Below are positions 1-15,148 of a DNA stretch of 64,000 bases, one piece after another. The stretch's first letter is position 1. Every line of letters starts with the position of its first letter. Below the pieces are notes generated by a model, which had not been told where the DNA came from, searched no databases, and saw only the letters and a program-made list of their open reading frames with translations. The translations under genes and the position numbers were made by a program. Origin of the DNA: Octopus vulgaris (Eukaryota); NCBI GenBank assembly GCA_951406725.2, contig OX597816.1, forward strand, positions 59,148,001 to 59,212,000, written 5' to 3'.

Positions 1-117
1 CAAATATCTATCTACTTTGTGTTTCTGAGCCATCACTTACAAGTCATAAAATCCAATTATAATACTATGGTTAATATGGCAAAAAAGGCCGAATTTTCAA
101 GTGGTAAAATAACTAAC

Positions 118-849
118 CTTTGTTAATGGAATCTTTGGTGTATGCCTCAGATCCAGTAGGATTAACAAAACTCCTCACATTAGTACTGCTAATCCGCTGT
201 CCATCCAAAGATAAATTGGAAGTGGAAGAAAAAGATGAAGATTGTGGAAAGTTAGACACTGTTAAGCCCTCTTTAGAATCCACTTCTTGCCCATTGTTAG
301 ATTGTTGTGAGGTATGTAAAACTTGAGGAGATGATGGAACTGCTGGTGGAGAATGTTCAGGAAGTGGAGGTGGTGGTGGAGGAGGGGGAGGAGGTAGTGG
401 TGGTAATGGTGGGGGTGGTGATTTGGGCAGAGGAGGCGCCAAAGATGACATTAATGATGTGATGGTTGTAGGAACAACTGGCTGAATGGCAGAATTTGTT
501 GCTTGTTGTCCAAGGTTTTGCTGCTGGAATTGTTGTGAGTATTGGCCAGATGCTTGAGGGACAGTTAAATTGGATTCTGGAACCATAGTGTTAGTTGCTG
601 GAGACTGACGGTTACTAGATGCCAGAGCTTTTCCAGAATTTTTCCCACCATTGTGTTGCTGTTGCTGCTGCTGTTTCGCTTGCTCCTCTTTTTGAAGTTG
701 CACATTAGTATACAAAATTTCAATTATTCTTCGATCTGTTTCAGATTGAGGTTTAAAATTTAAATCCATTGGCGGTTTGAAAGGCTTTGCTGATCCTGAT
801 GAGTTCCCATTGCCAATTCCAGATGTATTTCCAAGAGTTTGTCCAATTC
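118..849 (-). CDS. KMT2C: KMT2C/D-like exon, about 732 nt, poly-Q/poly-P
   Basis: ttgcttgccttag|GA; IGQTLGNTSG...TKDSINK; G|gttagt. Phase 1 to 1. An alternative in-frame acceptor lies near 873. The gene continues beyond position 1. Confidence 0.8.
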
Positions 850-1623
850 CTAAGGCAAGCAAATATATCAGGTCTTGAAATTTTTAGATATAAAAATCAC
901 TTTAGAGCTAACTTAGGTCACAGAAAAAAAAGAAAAAAAACTTTAAAATGAGATGAAATTCTAATGTTGAATGAAAATATAAACTATATCTGTTGAGTGC
1001 ATGCAGAAAATTATAAAAAAAAATTTAATCAAAAAAATGTTCACAAAGCATCTGAAGGGAGAAATCTTAATGAAAATATTTAAGTAAAATATATTTGAAC
1101 ATGGCTCAAATTTTTGTTTGTTCAAAACTGAAGTTACTGTAATAAATGAATAAAAAAAATGTATGATGAAATGAGTACATTCAAATATACTTGAGTAGAA
1201 TATATTTATATAAGAGTGTTCATAGCATTATTTCCTTTCATTTTGAATATTTCTCTTAGAGTAAATATAAGTGTAAAAAAAAATTCTAAATAAAATCTAC
1301 CCCCACACAACTAATTCATCAGATACAGCAACTATGTTATTTAGTTCAAATACTTGAAATTAAAGAAACAATTTCATCATCATTGTCTTCAACATATTGT
1401 CCACTTTTCCATGCTTGCATGGGTCAGACAGAATTTGTTGAGGCAGATTTTCTGCAGCGTGATGCCCTTCTTACTGCCAACCACGATGGTTTCCAAGCAA
1501 ATTAATATTTCTCCACAACCAGACACATTTTCATGGAAGACTGGAAACAAATGGCACTGACTGTATGATGGTGATGCAAGTTTACAACTATAAGACAAAG
1601 AAATGCAAACACACATATATACA

Positions 1624-1776
1624 TGACAGGCTTCTTTCAGTTTCTGTCAACCAAATCTACTCACAATGCTTTGTTTGACTATAACAGAAGACACTTGCCC
1701 AAGATGCCATGCAATGCAACTGACTCCTAAAACCAGATGGTTGGGGGAGTCAACTTCTTAACCACATAGCTATGCT
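1624..1776 (-). mobile_element. tRNA-derived SINE head (reverse copy)
   Basis: Reverse complement of 2069-2230: ...agaagacacttgccc...cttcttaaccacatagctatgc. Confidence 0.75.
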
Positions 1777-2068
1777 AATATTTAAAAACCAAAACTGAAT
1801 CAAAAGGTTATTAACCAAAATAAGGCAAAGTAACTGCTTCTGCAAAATAAGATATGGGATATTTATTACTCTCTTAACTGATTGTCTAGGTTCAAACCAT
1901 AAATTCTTTATTTCATTAGTTTAAAGGGTTTTCTGAATACATTAATACTATCAATCAATAATCTGAAATGCCTTTAGTAATGGCAGGCTCACAAAACAAT
2001 TATTAAAAAAATAATAAGGAAGTTGTAGGTGTTCCACAAAAACATGTTACACAATATCTGTGACCATA

Positions 2069-2229
2069 GGCACAGGCATAGCTGTGTGGTAAGAAGTTTA
2101 CTTCCCAACTACATGGTTCTGGGGTCAGTCCCACTGTGTGCAGCTATGGGCAAGTGTCTTCTACTATAGCCTCAGGCTAACCAAAGCTTTGTGAGTGGAT
2201 TTGGTAAACAGAAACTGAAAGAAGCTCGT

Positions 2230-2273
<44 letters not shown>

Positions 2274-2485
2274 TTTGTGCCTGTGATTGCTCCTTACTAC
2301 TGCTTGAGAATGAGTGTTGGTGTATTTATGTCCCTGTCACTTAGTTCAGCAAAATGAAACCAATAGAAGAAGTATCAGGCTTTAAAAACAAAGTAAGTAC
2401 TAGGGTAAATTCATTCAACTAAAAAATTCTTCAGGGCAGTGCCAGCATGGCTACAATCTAAAGATTAAAAAAAGTAAAAGATACA
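2069..2485 (+). mobile_element. tRNA-derived SINE with internal (TG)n and LINE-like 3' tail
   Basis: Degenerate A/B-box head (tagctgtgtggt...ggtcagtccc), core ggcaagtgtcttctactatagcc, (TG)n, then tail gtgccagcatggctacaatctaaagatt. Related copies lie near 8010-8160, 35160-35280, 38475-38625 and 39710-39850. Confidence 0.75.
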
Positions 2486-4477
2486 AGATCTAACTAATAG
2501 GATGAACTTATATGGCAAAGGGGGTCAACTGCTGGAAAATCTATAGCAAGAATATATTGCAAAAGAATTTTTTCAAGGATGCTAGAGAGGAGATATGGCA
2601 GTACACTAATTACTTGGTTATGAAACATGGTCGCATATATGCACCTCTATCTGAATATTGGATAAAACTAAAAGATCAGTAACAAATGTATGCATTTAGA
2701 GAGTTTTAGGGGTTATGTGTACTTTTAAGTTAATGATTTCAATTTATAGTCATTTTTCTTTGTGCCATGTTCAAATATTTTGTGATGCTTTCAACAATCA
2801 CATCTTCTAAAGTAGGATGCTTCTTTTAGAAATGCTTACTTCACTGCAAAATGACTATCTAAAAGATAAAAAATGTCTAAAGAGTCAAAGTGTTCTTCAT
2901 AAAGACAAAACACAATAGTTTTGGAAAAGTGAAAATTTAGTCTACTCGACCATCATTTATCACATGCTTACATGCAATTTAAAATCATATCCATGAATTA
3001 GTATTAATCAAGAATATGATGGAAAAGATTATTCAATGAGAATAAATTATTAATTGCGAAGTAAAAAAATGTAAAATTTTAATGTTTTTGCTGTACTTTT
3101 TACATCAAAGGCCAATTTTAAATTGAATGGAAGAATGGAATAGATATGGAAATGAAATTAAAGCATTGCTGTCAAATCATAGGCATTTTGTTAAAGAACT
3201 AGGGAGGGAGGTCAGTCATTATATAGCCCCAATTTTTATATAAAATGAAACTGAAATATACTTTTAAAATGTACATATATTTCTTTGAAGGTGATGATTT
3301 ACTCCTTTACTGCTCTAGAGTTTCTCATCACATTCAAATGAAAAAGCAATTAAAAAGAAGATTCATCATTTAATTGCCTGAAGGATCACAAATGGCACAA
3401 GACTCCAATAACTGAGTGAACCATCAATTGCAAATGAATAAGTAAACTCTGCTATGTGTATTGTGTATTGGACTGCCGATAAAAATTGTGTAGAAGAATA
3501 ATTCTATTCTTTTAAAATGAACTGGCTTTTATGAAATAGGGGTGGAGGGAGAAGGAGGGTTTTTTTTGTTTGGCTTCATAAATAAATACATTTCATATCT
3601 TCACAACTCTTAGAGTTTTAATTTTAGCAACGGGGAAAGGTAACATAGCTTATACTGTACAATAAACGTAAGAAATAAAGATAAAGGTTATAAAAATAAA
3701 CTTTTGAGTTCTTATTCAAAAAATTAGAATATTTGATGCTTTATTAATTAATGATTAATTGCTATTTTTCAGAGATACATTAAATGATACATAAATATAT
3801 AGCAAAAGGAGCAAATCAACAGCAAACTTAATTTACAACCATAAACTTGTTTTCAAAACTTTTCACCTTCAAAATGTTTTTATGTAATGTTCTCAAAAAC
3901 TTCAATTACAAAGGAATGGTACATATTTTGAAACATATGAATTAATGAAATAATTATCACTATAATTCATATTTTAAGTTAAACACACTTTAGAATTATC
4001 AATCCACTTACTTTAAAATATAATCAAAGAAAAAGTGTATCGAGGAAACATATGTTAAGGATTTATTTAAAATATATTTAATTACTTATGTGTTTTTTAT
4101 CTGTCAAAATTCAATTTTTAAAAATTTAGTAGAATTATATTTATCATATTCTAAAATTTTCAAACTGAAATCATGTATAATTCAGCAATATAAGCACCAA
4201 TAAGGGATCAAATAGCAACTGTTTCTTAATCATTTTAAAAGACTCCAAGTTAGTCTGACACAATAAAAAAAAATACTAGTTATTAAATAACAAAATAAAA
4301 ATTAGTTTTAAAAAGAAGAAATAACAAAAGACAATGAAGGTTGAGATTTTCATGTTGAAAGAAAAGCAGTGGGAGGCAAAAGCAGCAGGAAAGGAATATA
4401 AATTCATATATATATATATATACATATATATACATATATATATATATATAATCCCCAAAGCGAGGTTATATTACTAC

Positions 4478-4597
4478 CTCCATCTTGTGTTCTTGCTTTC
4501 TTCTTGCGCTTTTTAGTCTTTTCCTTTGGAGTAACTTGACCAGGAGAAGCCGGTGTTGGCTCAGAACTCTGCTGACACAGGGGAGGGATACCAAAGC
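4478..4597 (-). CDS. KMT2C: KMT2C/D-like exon, about 120 nt, with basic NLS-like stretch
   Basis: gctcttccag|GC; FGIPPLCQQSSEPTPASPGQVTPKEKTKKRKKKARTQDG; donor G|gtagta, or 3 nt further a|gtaata. Phase 1 to 1. Boundaries less certain. Confidence 0.68.
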
Positions 4598-6799
4598 CTG
4601 GAAGAGCAGTGGTGGGTTTTCTCAAGGGAACATTACAAATATCCACACGTAATTTTCTTTTTAAAAAGCTCATTTAGCTCAGCTCTTGCTAACTGGATGA
4701 GGCTTATTAAATTTCAAAACACAGAAAAGCAAGAAGCTTCACTTAGAAATTCAATAAATGACTATATTTTAAATCCTAGACACCAACAATTCCGCAATAC
4801 AATCTAGTGGAAAATACTCAAATTACTATAACTTATTTTACATTTGTTTGATTATCAAGAAAAATCAACATATATTAATATATATAGAAATTTTAAATAT
4901 ACCCAACAATTCAGATAGAGGGCTCTCTTTCCCTATTTCACTCTCTCTCTTTTTGATATTGATAATGAATTTAACATTTTTATTTAGCATTGATTAAATT
5001 AAATTTCAACATAATAATAGTTTCTTTAGAAAATACTCAAACAAGATAAGGTTTGTAATGAATGCTTATGTTGAGGTTAACTATAAATATTAAATACAAC
5101 CTAGACCATGATTAAATATTCCTTAAATGTAACATTATCCTCATATGCATTGGTAAAGAATTTGATATTTGATGAAATATGACTGAACAAAAGTATCCCA
5201 ACAAATTATTTCTAATATTATATTCTAAAATCTAGAGAAGGAAAACAATAGTGAAATCTCAATAATAAGCCTATTTTTCTACCTTTGATGTTGATAATGA
5301 TTTGAAAGTGTGAAGTTGGAGAGATTTAATATCACTTGACTAAGTACAAAGCCAACATTTTAGTGGAGTTGTGCAAGTTGAATGATTGAATTAAATTAAC
5401 CATTGTTTATTACAAATATTTATTTTATCAACTTTAAGAGAATAAAAGGTTATGTTGGCCTCCAAAGTAATTTCAACTGTACTCAGTACTGTAAACAGCT
5501 TAATTCCATGTACTGTTTCTTTTTTTCAATCTACTATTCTAAGTTTAACAAATATTCCTTACAAGTGTAATTAAATAAGAATTTATGCTTCCTATTAAGT
5601 TATAAATATTGAGAATTGTTGGCATGTATATATTTTCAAATAAACCTCTTTATTTAAATAAAGATTCATCCAGTTAACAATATATGCATGCAGGCAGAAA
5701 AGGGATACAGCAAGACCTAAATATAAAAATTGAGCTTCAGAAATAATGATACTATAAGCTAAATTTAGAAATACAGTGTTTACAGTTATACTGGTGAAAA
5801 TTAGAGGGGTGGAAACAACAAAAACAACATAATCATGCTTAAGATGAATGTGAATGAAAGAATCAATGAATCAATAAATGGCAATCAAGATCAAATAGAA
5901 TTTTTGAAACTGTTGAATTTTTGAAAATCTTAGCCTAAATATCAGTATAAACAACAAGGATAAAATCTAGAATCTAAAGGAATGATGATGATCAGTGGCA
6001 TCAACAATGATGATAAAATCTAAGAGTGTTTACGTCAATAAGTACAAGTTATTGTGAGAAATAGAATGATCTGCTGTTTCATATTAAGATCTGCTTTGTT
6101 GAAGAATCATACTCCGAAATAGATTTATTCGAACTACAACAACCTTACAAAATGCTCACCAATGTTAAAAAATGACAGAAATCAAATAATTAAAATCAAC
6201 CAAATTAACCAAATTATTAACCATGCTCATTACCACTTGAATGAAACGGTGTTAATATTGACATTATTTCCTAACATTATGATTGGTCATTCTGTGCTTT
6301 CAAAGACCTCTGGAATAACAAATCTTTTACTCAAAATACAGACAAAGGATGGCAACACAAAGAGCATTAAGACAAGTCCTGTTACAAATAACACCCTGTC
6401 CAATCCATCATAGCATGAGAAACAAACGTAAAATGAATGACACACACACACACACACACACACACATGGTCATGGACATGTATAGACAGTGGATGACACC
6501 ATCACCACCATTATTATTGTTGCTGTTTTTATGTTCATTTATTTATTTCCATGCTAGTATGGGTTACATAAGAATTATTGAAGCAGTTATCTACAGTCAA
6601 ATACTTTTACTGTCATGAACCCTAACTTGTGTTTCAAGTAAGATGTTTTTTGCATTGTACTAATCTTCACATACAATGAAACTATTGAGCAGCAGGTTAT
6701 ATTATTTACAATAAACAATATTTTCACTCACACAGTGACATGTGAAGACACAAAAACTGTTACACACACACACACGAGCTATGCAGATAACACTTAAAT

Positions 6800-7260
6800 T
6801 ATGCTAAAATGCAAAACTAGTGGCAAGTAATAACATTGCTCTCCAACAAACTTAGATGTTATATAAAAACTGGGCGAATGACAATAACTTGCTGTTCGGT
6901 ACCACTAACTTCTATCCCTACAACATGGAAAACATCTCCAACAAATGTTTTGTAATGCCCCAAAACTCTTAAGTATATTAATGATATGGTCATCACTATG
7001 CTGCTCTAGTCATGTTCATAGACTATCAGCAGCCTGTTGAAAACTCAGTGACTAAGTACTGGGGACAGTTGCTGTGACAGACTCAAAGGTGGTGTCAATT
7101 CTCTGGAAATCTTGTTACCAAAGTGAGTTACTGTTCATAGCTATGTTCTCCTAGCTACCTAGAGCTTGCACAATAACTAGAGTGATTGCAAAAAGCATGC
7201 ACCAAAACATATACTAAACCTAAGTTCTTCACCATTGAGAGTGCATCTGTGCATTACATC
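6800..7260 (-). mobile_element. Highly degenerate mariner-like transposase remnant (tentative)
   Basis: Minus-strand fragments loosely resemble the VMLTVFWD, HDNAPAH and C-terminal mariner segments in the expected order. No TIRs identified. Confidence 0.3.
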
Positions 7261-8799
7261 ACAAATACCAGAAGAAACAATATGTCAACAGACAAAAAAT
7301 AACAAGAGGAATAAAAGATACTGTCAGATCTCAACACTCCTTTACCTCAAACTCTTCTATCATAAACCTTATTGGCATTAGTTTGTATCCAAAATGGATT
7401 ACAAAATATGACTCGAGTTACTCTTGAGACTTTCAAAAGGTAACTAGATGTTTTTAACATACTAGATTAGAATTTTGCAAAAGGCACAAGCAATTTAGAC
7501 CAGCAACTACCAGTTTATTGATCCAGCAACTAAAAACACCACAGGCACCAAAAAGCTCATAAAATACTGGACTTCTGAATATATGCAGATATGAAACAAA
7601 AGAAAAAGAACAGTCAACTGTGAAAGCAGTACTTCAGCATAACTAGTCATGATGGCTCACAAAAACTAAAGAAACAAGATCATACATGTATACAGTTTGT
7701 TTTTTTTATTCATATGCATGTATATGCATACATTCACATTGTTTTATGCCCGTTTTTCTATGTTGGCATGAGACACATGAAACTTGGGGTAGATTTTCTA
7801 CTGTTGGATGTTTTTCCTCTTGCCAATCTTTACCTGTTTTCTAAGGTAAGGTATTTTCATTCCACTAAGCCTCACACATAGAAAGCAAGAACGAAATCTA
7901 CTGAAACTACAGGACTTTTGCATAACAGAAAATATAAACAAGGACTCCTTTTTCCCCTACTTAGAACATGCTAATGAAGACATGTGGAAATGACCTTCAC
8001 ATATACATGATAGGCTTCTTCTCAGTATCCATCAAACAATTCCACTCAGAAGGCATTGGTCACCTTGAGGTTGTAGCAGAAGAGAGTTTCCTAAGATGTC
8101 AAAGTGCTCAACAGTCAAATTAAATGTGGTTGCAAAACAAACTTCACAACCACATAAACATACATGTGCATGCATGTGTGTGTGTGCGAATATGGGCATA
8201 AACAGACAGACACAAAGGTTTCAGCCAGTACTGGTCCTGGCTAGGTCAAACTTAAGTCTTAAAATCTTATAATGTAAATATCAGCAAATGTTGGCAAGTC
8301 CTAAACCACATATAACCACAATTCAAAGTGTTGTTTTGAGGATTGAAAAACTGGAACTAAGTACTTTTCTGTGCAAGAAGCAATGGTTAGCCTTATCTTA
8401 AAAGGAATTTCCTGTCAAAAGGCATCATGTTTGCATCATGTGTGTTTCTTTTTTGCATTTTATTGCTCTTTCTTCCTTCAATTTTCAAACATCATGGAAG
8501 TAATACCTCAGACATTGAGGTAAATATTTAGTGATATTTATTGATGATTTATTAATCATCGTTTACTTTTTTATGATTTAATTAGAAAAAAGAGAGCTTG
8601 GACTTGGAGAAAATAGAGTGATATTTCAGTGTCATCTGTACACACCACCTATCTACATGATATTAGCTCTGAGCTGGAATGGCAGGTATCACATAGTTGA
8701 TATTGCAATGAGGTTTTGTGAGTGAATGGTAAGGGTTTTTTTTAAAAAACAATATACTGATATATTTATTCTTTTGTTTTATATACATAAATGAACACA

Positions 8800-11068
8800 C
8801 ATATGGACACAAATACACACACACACACATGTACATACATATAATGGTCATCCATTTATATCCAAGGAATGAAGAGGGATCAAAGTTTCTACAGTTCTGT
8901 GATACAAATGAACTATCTACAATACAAACTTCAGGAAATAAACCAGGCATTTGATCACCTTATCAGAGAAACATACAAGCCAGACAGACCTTATTGTCAC
9001 ACCAGAAAACAGACTAGAAAGATAGTTGCAAATACTAAGTCTTTCCCCAGTGAAGAATATACCTCTCAACATAAGCTAATTAATGACTTCAGAATAAGAG
9101 CTAAATGAAATGAAAGACAAAAGACATTCTAGAAAAGGAATATGTGGAAACTAAAACATCGTTCTGTTAAATATGTTTGAAGTGATTCTAGATGACATAA
9201 TGAAAAAGAGGGAAATACAAATAAAAAACCTATAACACAAGGGACAATATGTTTTTACTGCTGAAAGTTAGCAACCAGTTCTACAACTTTAGCAAGACAC
9301 CAGCTAAACAGAAGGCAACATGGTAGTGGAATAGCAATGTAAATAGAGCCATAAAAGCTAAAAGACAGGTATGGAATGATCGGAAGAGAAGGAGGAGCAG
9401 CAAAGAAGTATGTCATGTAGCTAAGAGAGAAGCCATGCAACAACTGTGTGGGAATTGAGAAGATCACCAATGTTCTGTAATGTGAAGATCAAAAGTAGGT
9501 GTTCTGGATAGCAAAGTAGTGTAAAAGAGTAAATGAAGCTGTTGGGAGAAAATGTGAAATGACACCTGACCATTACCTACAGCTAAGAAGAAAAGATCTT
9601 GGAAATGTTATTACAGGAGGATGTTGAATGTGGAAAAGGTGTAGGAAGAACTGGAACTATCCAGCATACACTTAAATAGAAGAATCAGTTAAGGATAAAT
9701 AAAGCAGGAATAAAGATGAAATGCTGAGAAAATGTGACAAAGTAGGGCTCAAGTTAATCACTCATACAGTCTATCTCTAGGTGTCACACTGTATAATTGA
9801 ATGGCAGTATAATCATCAACAGCTACAAAAGCAAAGGAGATACTTTAGAAAGACATAATAGAAGTACAAAAATGATTGGCCAAGTTATGAAAGCAACAGA
9901 TAAAATACTAGCACAATTGATTAGAAAGAGAATCAGCTTAGGTGAAACACACTTCAGATTTGTGTCAGGTTGGGGTACTGCTGATACTCTCTTCATGAAG
10001 AAAACAAGAGAAATTTTTAGCTAAGGATAAGCTCTACCTAGCATCTGTTGATTGACAGGTTACACTGTGAATCTAAGAAAACTAAGTTCGTGAGAGAAGC
10101 ATAAGCCATGTAGAGAGGTGGAGTTAGAAAAAAAAGAGTTGGCAATGAGCTCTGTGAGCTGTCCAGAGCAACTCCTATATGCTGATGACCTAGTCCTAAT
10201 AACAGAGTTTCCAGAAGACTTAGAGAAGAAATTCCAGATGTGGAAACAAAACCTAGAATCAAGATGACTTGGCATAAACAAGGTAAAATTAAATTGTCAA
10301 GAAGGATAAAAAACAAAGCAGAATTCTGCCATCAGCAGACAAATGGTGGGCTCAGTATGCAAAACATGAGTATGTAGGAACTCCATAAAGTACAGTGTAG
10401 GTGCATAAGAAGTATACTGAGATCACAATCAGGCAAGAAATGAACAAAGACTATGTGACAGATGTATCAGACACTAGCAAAATAAAATGTTTTGATGGTT
10501 CCATAGGAGCAGTTGATAGTGTCTATTAATTAAGCAACCTAATCAGCTAGGGAGGAGGGTTCTCTGAAAGCACAGTAACAAAAATGAGAATATGGTGGAA
10601 AAAGTTCAAGAACATCACTTCTGTCATTAACAGAGGGATTCTCTCTTCAAGTGAAGGGTAGACAGTATGTTGCTTTTGTAAGAAGTGCAATGTTATATGT
10701 TAGTGAAATGTAGGCATTGAGTGCAGAGGTTGAGAGAAGGCTGGAGAGAAATGAAGCAAGTGTATGCCCCATTGTATGTTAAATGTAGTGAGCATGGGAG
10801 ACATAGTATAGATGAAATGAGTGAAAAACAAGGTATAAATGGAATCAGATATAGTTGCTAAAGAGACAACTGCATTAGTACGGACATGTAATGCATAAAG
10901 ATGCATTAGTAAGGAGCTAGTATATAGGAAACTTTAGGAGAGGAAGACCGTGGAAGACGAGGGCACAAGTGGTAAAAGCTATCTCAGAACATTGAACTTT
11001 ACAAAGGAGATGACAAAGGAACACAACAAAATGTCAAGCATGGAAAAGCAGACTTAAAAACAATGATG

Positions 11069-11070
<2 letters not shown>
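8800..11070 (+). mobile_element. Degenerate RTE-clade LINE
   Basis: Broken frames colinear with the RTE at 25270-27218: GQVMKATDKILAQLIRKRISL, PEQLLYADDLVLI (RT YADD near 10176) and FRRGRPWKT. Ends gcatggaaaagcagact...gatgat. Confidence 0.8.
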
Positions 11071-11119
<49 letters not shown>

Positions 11120-12378
11120 TGCTTATTTTCATATTTTAAACACTCTTACTAATCACTTGTTTCTACTAATTACATGGACAATCTTAATTCATCATAGTCT
11201 TTCAACTCACTATATGACATATGTAAACCTGTACCATATATGTAAAATTGCTTAACAGAATGCTCCTCTGATGTATTTTCCTCAATCATATTGTAGTTAT
11301 ACATAGAGAGCATCACTATATTCGCTCTATTTTTATACTGAGCACTTCTAAATCTTGCCGTCTTAATAGAATATTCTCTGTTGTGGACCAACTGAGACTT
11401 GAAAATGTCAGTTGCATTCACTAGTTGGCTCTAAAGACAATCTATTATAGTTTTTATTGTACGCATTTTCAAAAAATTTTGATTCATTGATTCAAATTTT
11501 AAACACCCCCTAAAGGGAGGTAGAGTTCACTGATTGCATGAAAAATCTCAATGCTTTTGAATTCATTTTATTGCATATGTGAGACCTCCATACACATGCA
11601 CTATTATACAGGACATAATAAGTTAAACAGTGTTTCATTTTAGTATAACTACACAAAGCAGTGAGAATCAAATGTTTATCTTGAGCTTGACTGCTCCATG
11701 TACTTATACACACTAAGAGAATGGCTTGATGTGTTTTATAATACAAAGTCTACCAAGAAAGATCTTCCACCAAGACAAAACTCCACAGTGAATGTCTTTC
11801 AGGTTCTTATTTACAGAAAAGTGTTAAAAATAAATGCACATAATGTTATACCTGAATATAAATAAACTAAGGGACAATAACTTCATTATTTCTGACTATT
11901 CTGTTTTAATAATATAGTCACATGCAGAAATACAGTCCCATTCAAGTAAACAAGTGTATACACATTACAGTCAGTAATTTGCTGAACTATATAAATTACT
12001 GTTGAATTGCACTGCATCCTCTCCATATATCATAGGCTGTTTTATTTTCATCAAACGAGAATCATACATGTATATATGCACGTGCGCGCACACACACACA
12101 CACACACACACTTACAATATATTTAAGAATGGAAACTGTCCACATTAATAAGCATCAAAGTAACAAGTACATATCACCAGACAGAGACCACTAATTATGT
12201 TCTTATATATCCATAAATATAATATAAACATTACTAAATGCACATAGAGAATTAGGCTTATTAGAATATACAGATGTGCATACACACACATACATACAAC
12301 ATATGACAAATAAGTACCTTTAAAAAAATCATGAATCCAGTGAGTGTGTATAAATGTATACGTGTATGTATGTATGTA

Positions 12379-12428
<50 letters not shown>

Positions 12429-14289
12429 TACACACACACACATATTAAAAAACAAAACACAAAGTTAAATCTTAAACACTTTCTTATTTCAAAAACTCAT
12501 GTTGAATTCCTTCAGCCATTTATATTTATGAATACAGTTTAAACAAATATTTTCATAATCATGGTGCTTAGATTGCAAAAGTTCATCAGGGGTTAGAATG
12601 ATTATTTAAGGTTAATTTCTGTTAGTTACTTAAACTAACACAACAGTATTTTTACTATTTTCAAGGAATAACTTCTTGCTATTAAATCACTTACTTGACT
12701 TCATTTAGCTACATTTTTAACCCTTATTATTTTGAAAACAAGTCTTAATGGTAGAATAACAAAAACAGGTTGTTACATATGTTATTCTTTATAAATCATT
12801 ACAGATGTTTTCTCAAGATATTTTAGACCATATGAGAAAATGTGAAAACATATCAAATGTAATTAACATATTTTTTTATAGTTTCCATTACTAAAAATAT
12901 AAATTAAGGAGGAAACTAAGAATGAGGTACAATATTTATCTACTTGTTAATTTCATCAGCAATTTGAAAATGTCAATAAATGTTTCATTATTTTATTTAT
13001 AGGTATTAATAGTTTTCAACTTATTGTAATAAATGATACACAGAACATGTTATATTGTTGAGGGTTTTTTTTTTTTCTGTATGAATTCACAGATTTAGTT
13101 AAAATTTTAAGAGAAGTGCTGTATTAAACTATTATTATCAGAAGCAATTAATCCTCACAGGATTGTTTCAATAAGTGCAAATTGTACCAGACTGATTTTG
13201 CTTTTTATCCCTCTGAAGTCATTGTCTGAGTGAGTGCTTAATAATTAATACTGACAACAGTTTCTGATTATCACTTTAACAACTGTTAATATATTTCAAA
13301 ATTTGTTTGTTTTTTTTTTTATGTCTCCAACACTTTCCCTTCAGTACTTGCCTCCATTTTTAACAACAACCAACACAGTCTTATGTAAATAACCGTTTTC
13401 TCTCATTTGTAACTTTACATACAGAGGTGTTATTTACACACAACTTAGACCTACACATCTTCTCTATGAGCAGAGTCATAAAAAAAAAAACACCATCATC
13501 CAGTGAGCACATAAAAACGTAACCGCCTTCAATATCATCAAGACACAATTTCAAAACATACCAAGGGATAATCTAACACTACAACCTCCATATATATGAG
13601 TACACAACTAAATCCTTCAAAATCACTACAAATTCTAAGCCTCACATTTTTTTAAGAATCTTTGACAGCGACCTCAAATATGTAACATAATCAAACCTGC
13701 ACCCAAAATACCAAGCTTCCTGTTCAGAATCAGAAAATACTTCTACCTAGATTAGTAACTGGTTTTCCACAAAATTCAAATATAATACTCATTATACAAC
13801 TGTTGCTATAAACACTAACATGTATAAAAAAAGGCCATTCAGCAATTTGGCAAAGTCTTATTCACCAACACACTACAATCAGTGGCTCATATTGGCTGTT
13901 TCTTGTCTCAGCTTCATTTACCATAACACAATGGATCCAGGCCCACTTAACTCATTTGTCTTCCACTTGTCAAATCTAGTGTCCCATTGTCCAGAGCCCA
14001 CATTACACAGTTTGTACAAATATTCCTGTAATTGCAGCCTTTAGAAAAAAAATTATGTGGTTGTTGAAACTAAGTATTAACAGATCAATCTTCTAATCAC
14101 AGCAAGTAAAACAAAGAAAACTAATACCTAAAAAAAGGTTTCTCTAAAAATCAATTCCAGAAATCCAAAATAGTACAGCCAATGGAACATAAAAACTTAT
14201 GAAACCTCAGCCTACCTGATTTCATGCCATAATTCATTAATAATTTAAGCATAAGAAAATATTAAAAATATGAGAATAAATAATGAATA

Positions 14290-15148
14290 CCTTAAAAAAT
14301 GAAAATCAGCAAAAAATATTTCGTTGTTAATGAAATGCATAATTGAAATATTAAATACTGGAGCACACAGACAAGTGAAGAAGTTCACAGAAGAGGAAAC
14401 TCATCATTGAAGACAAAACCATGCAGTTATAGACCATCAACTGTGACCACTGACACAAATTGTCAAAAAATAGCCAAATTGATTTGCATGGACATACAAG
14501 TCACAACTGGACAATAATCACAATGCATTATGAAAGATTGTGGAAGACTTTCAATATCAAGAAGTGTGTGCAAATTTGATACCTCAGAAATTGACACTTG
14601 ATTTGAAGGAGGGATGTGAGAAAGTCTATTATGATCTGCTGGAAGCTTTTCTGATACATGACTGCACCATGAACAGAAAGCAGCACAGTGAGACACTCTT
14701 AAAGCATAAAGAAGCCATGAGAAGAAAGAGAATAAACGATAATCTGAAAATGATCTACATTCACATTGACAAATTCCAACCATATATCTTTGGTAACAAA
14801 TCAGAAAACCAGCAAATTGGGTTGGTCAAAAGTCTCCAGTGATCTGATGCCCTCCTACTTTCACTTGTCTGGTCAAATAAGGGCAATCTTCAGAGACAAT
14901 GATTTGATGACACAGATGTGGTGAAAGTATCTGAAGAAGCAGATACAACAGTGCACACCTGAACTTTTTTGAAGAGGATTCAAAGAATCAGATTCAATGA
15001 TGGTACAGATGCATCACTATTGATGGAGGCTATGTTGAATTAGTACCTTAGTATAGAAGAAGATCACTCTATCAATGTGCGATTTGAATGACTTATGTCA
15101 GTAAAAATGGTGTACCCACTTGTGCATTAATTTTGCTAGAACCCTCTA
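14290..15148 (+). mobile_element. Degenerate mariner transposon
   Basis: EVCANLIPQKLTLDLK resembles KVCARWVPRLLT; PSYFHLSG resembles PSDFHLFG. Right end ttttgctagaaccctcta is TIR-like. Confidence 0.55.

Noticed and set aside
13380-14260. Possible old LINE on the minus strand
   Set aside because: No diagnostic RT motif could be read with confidence.
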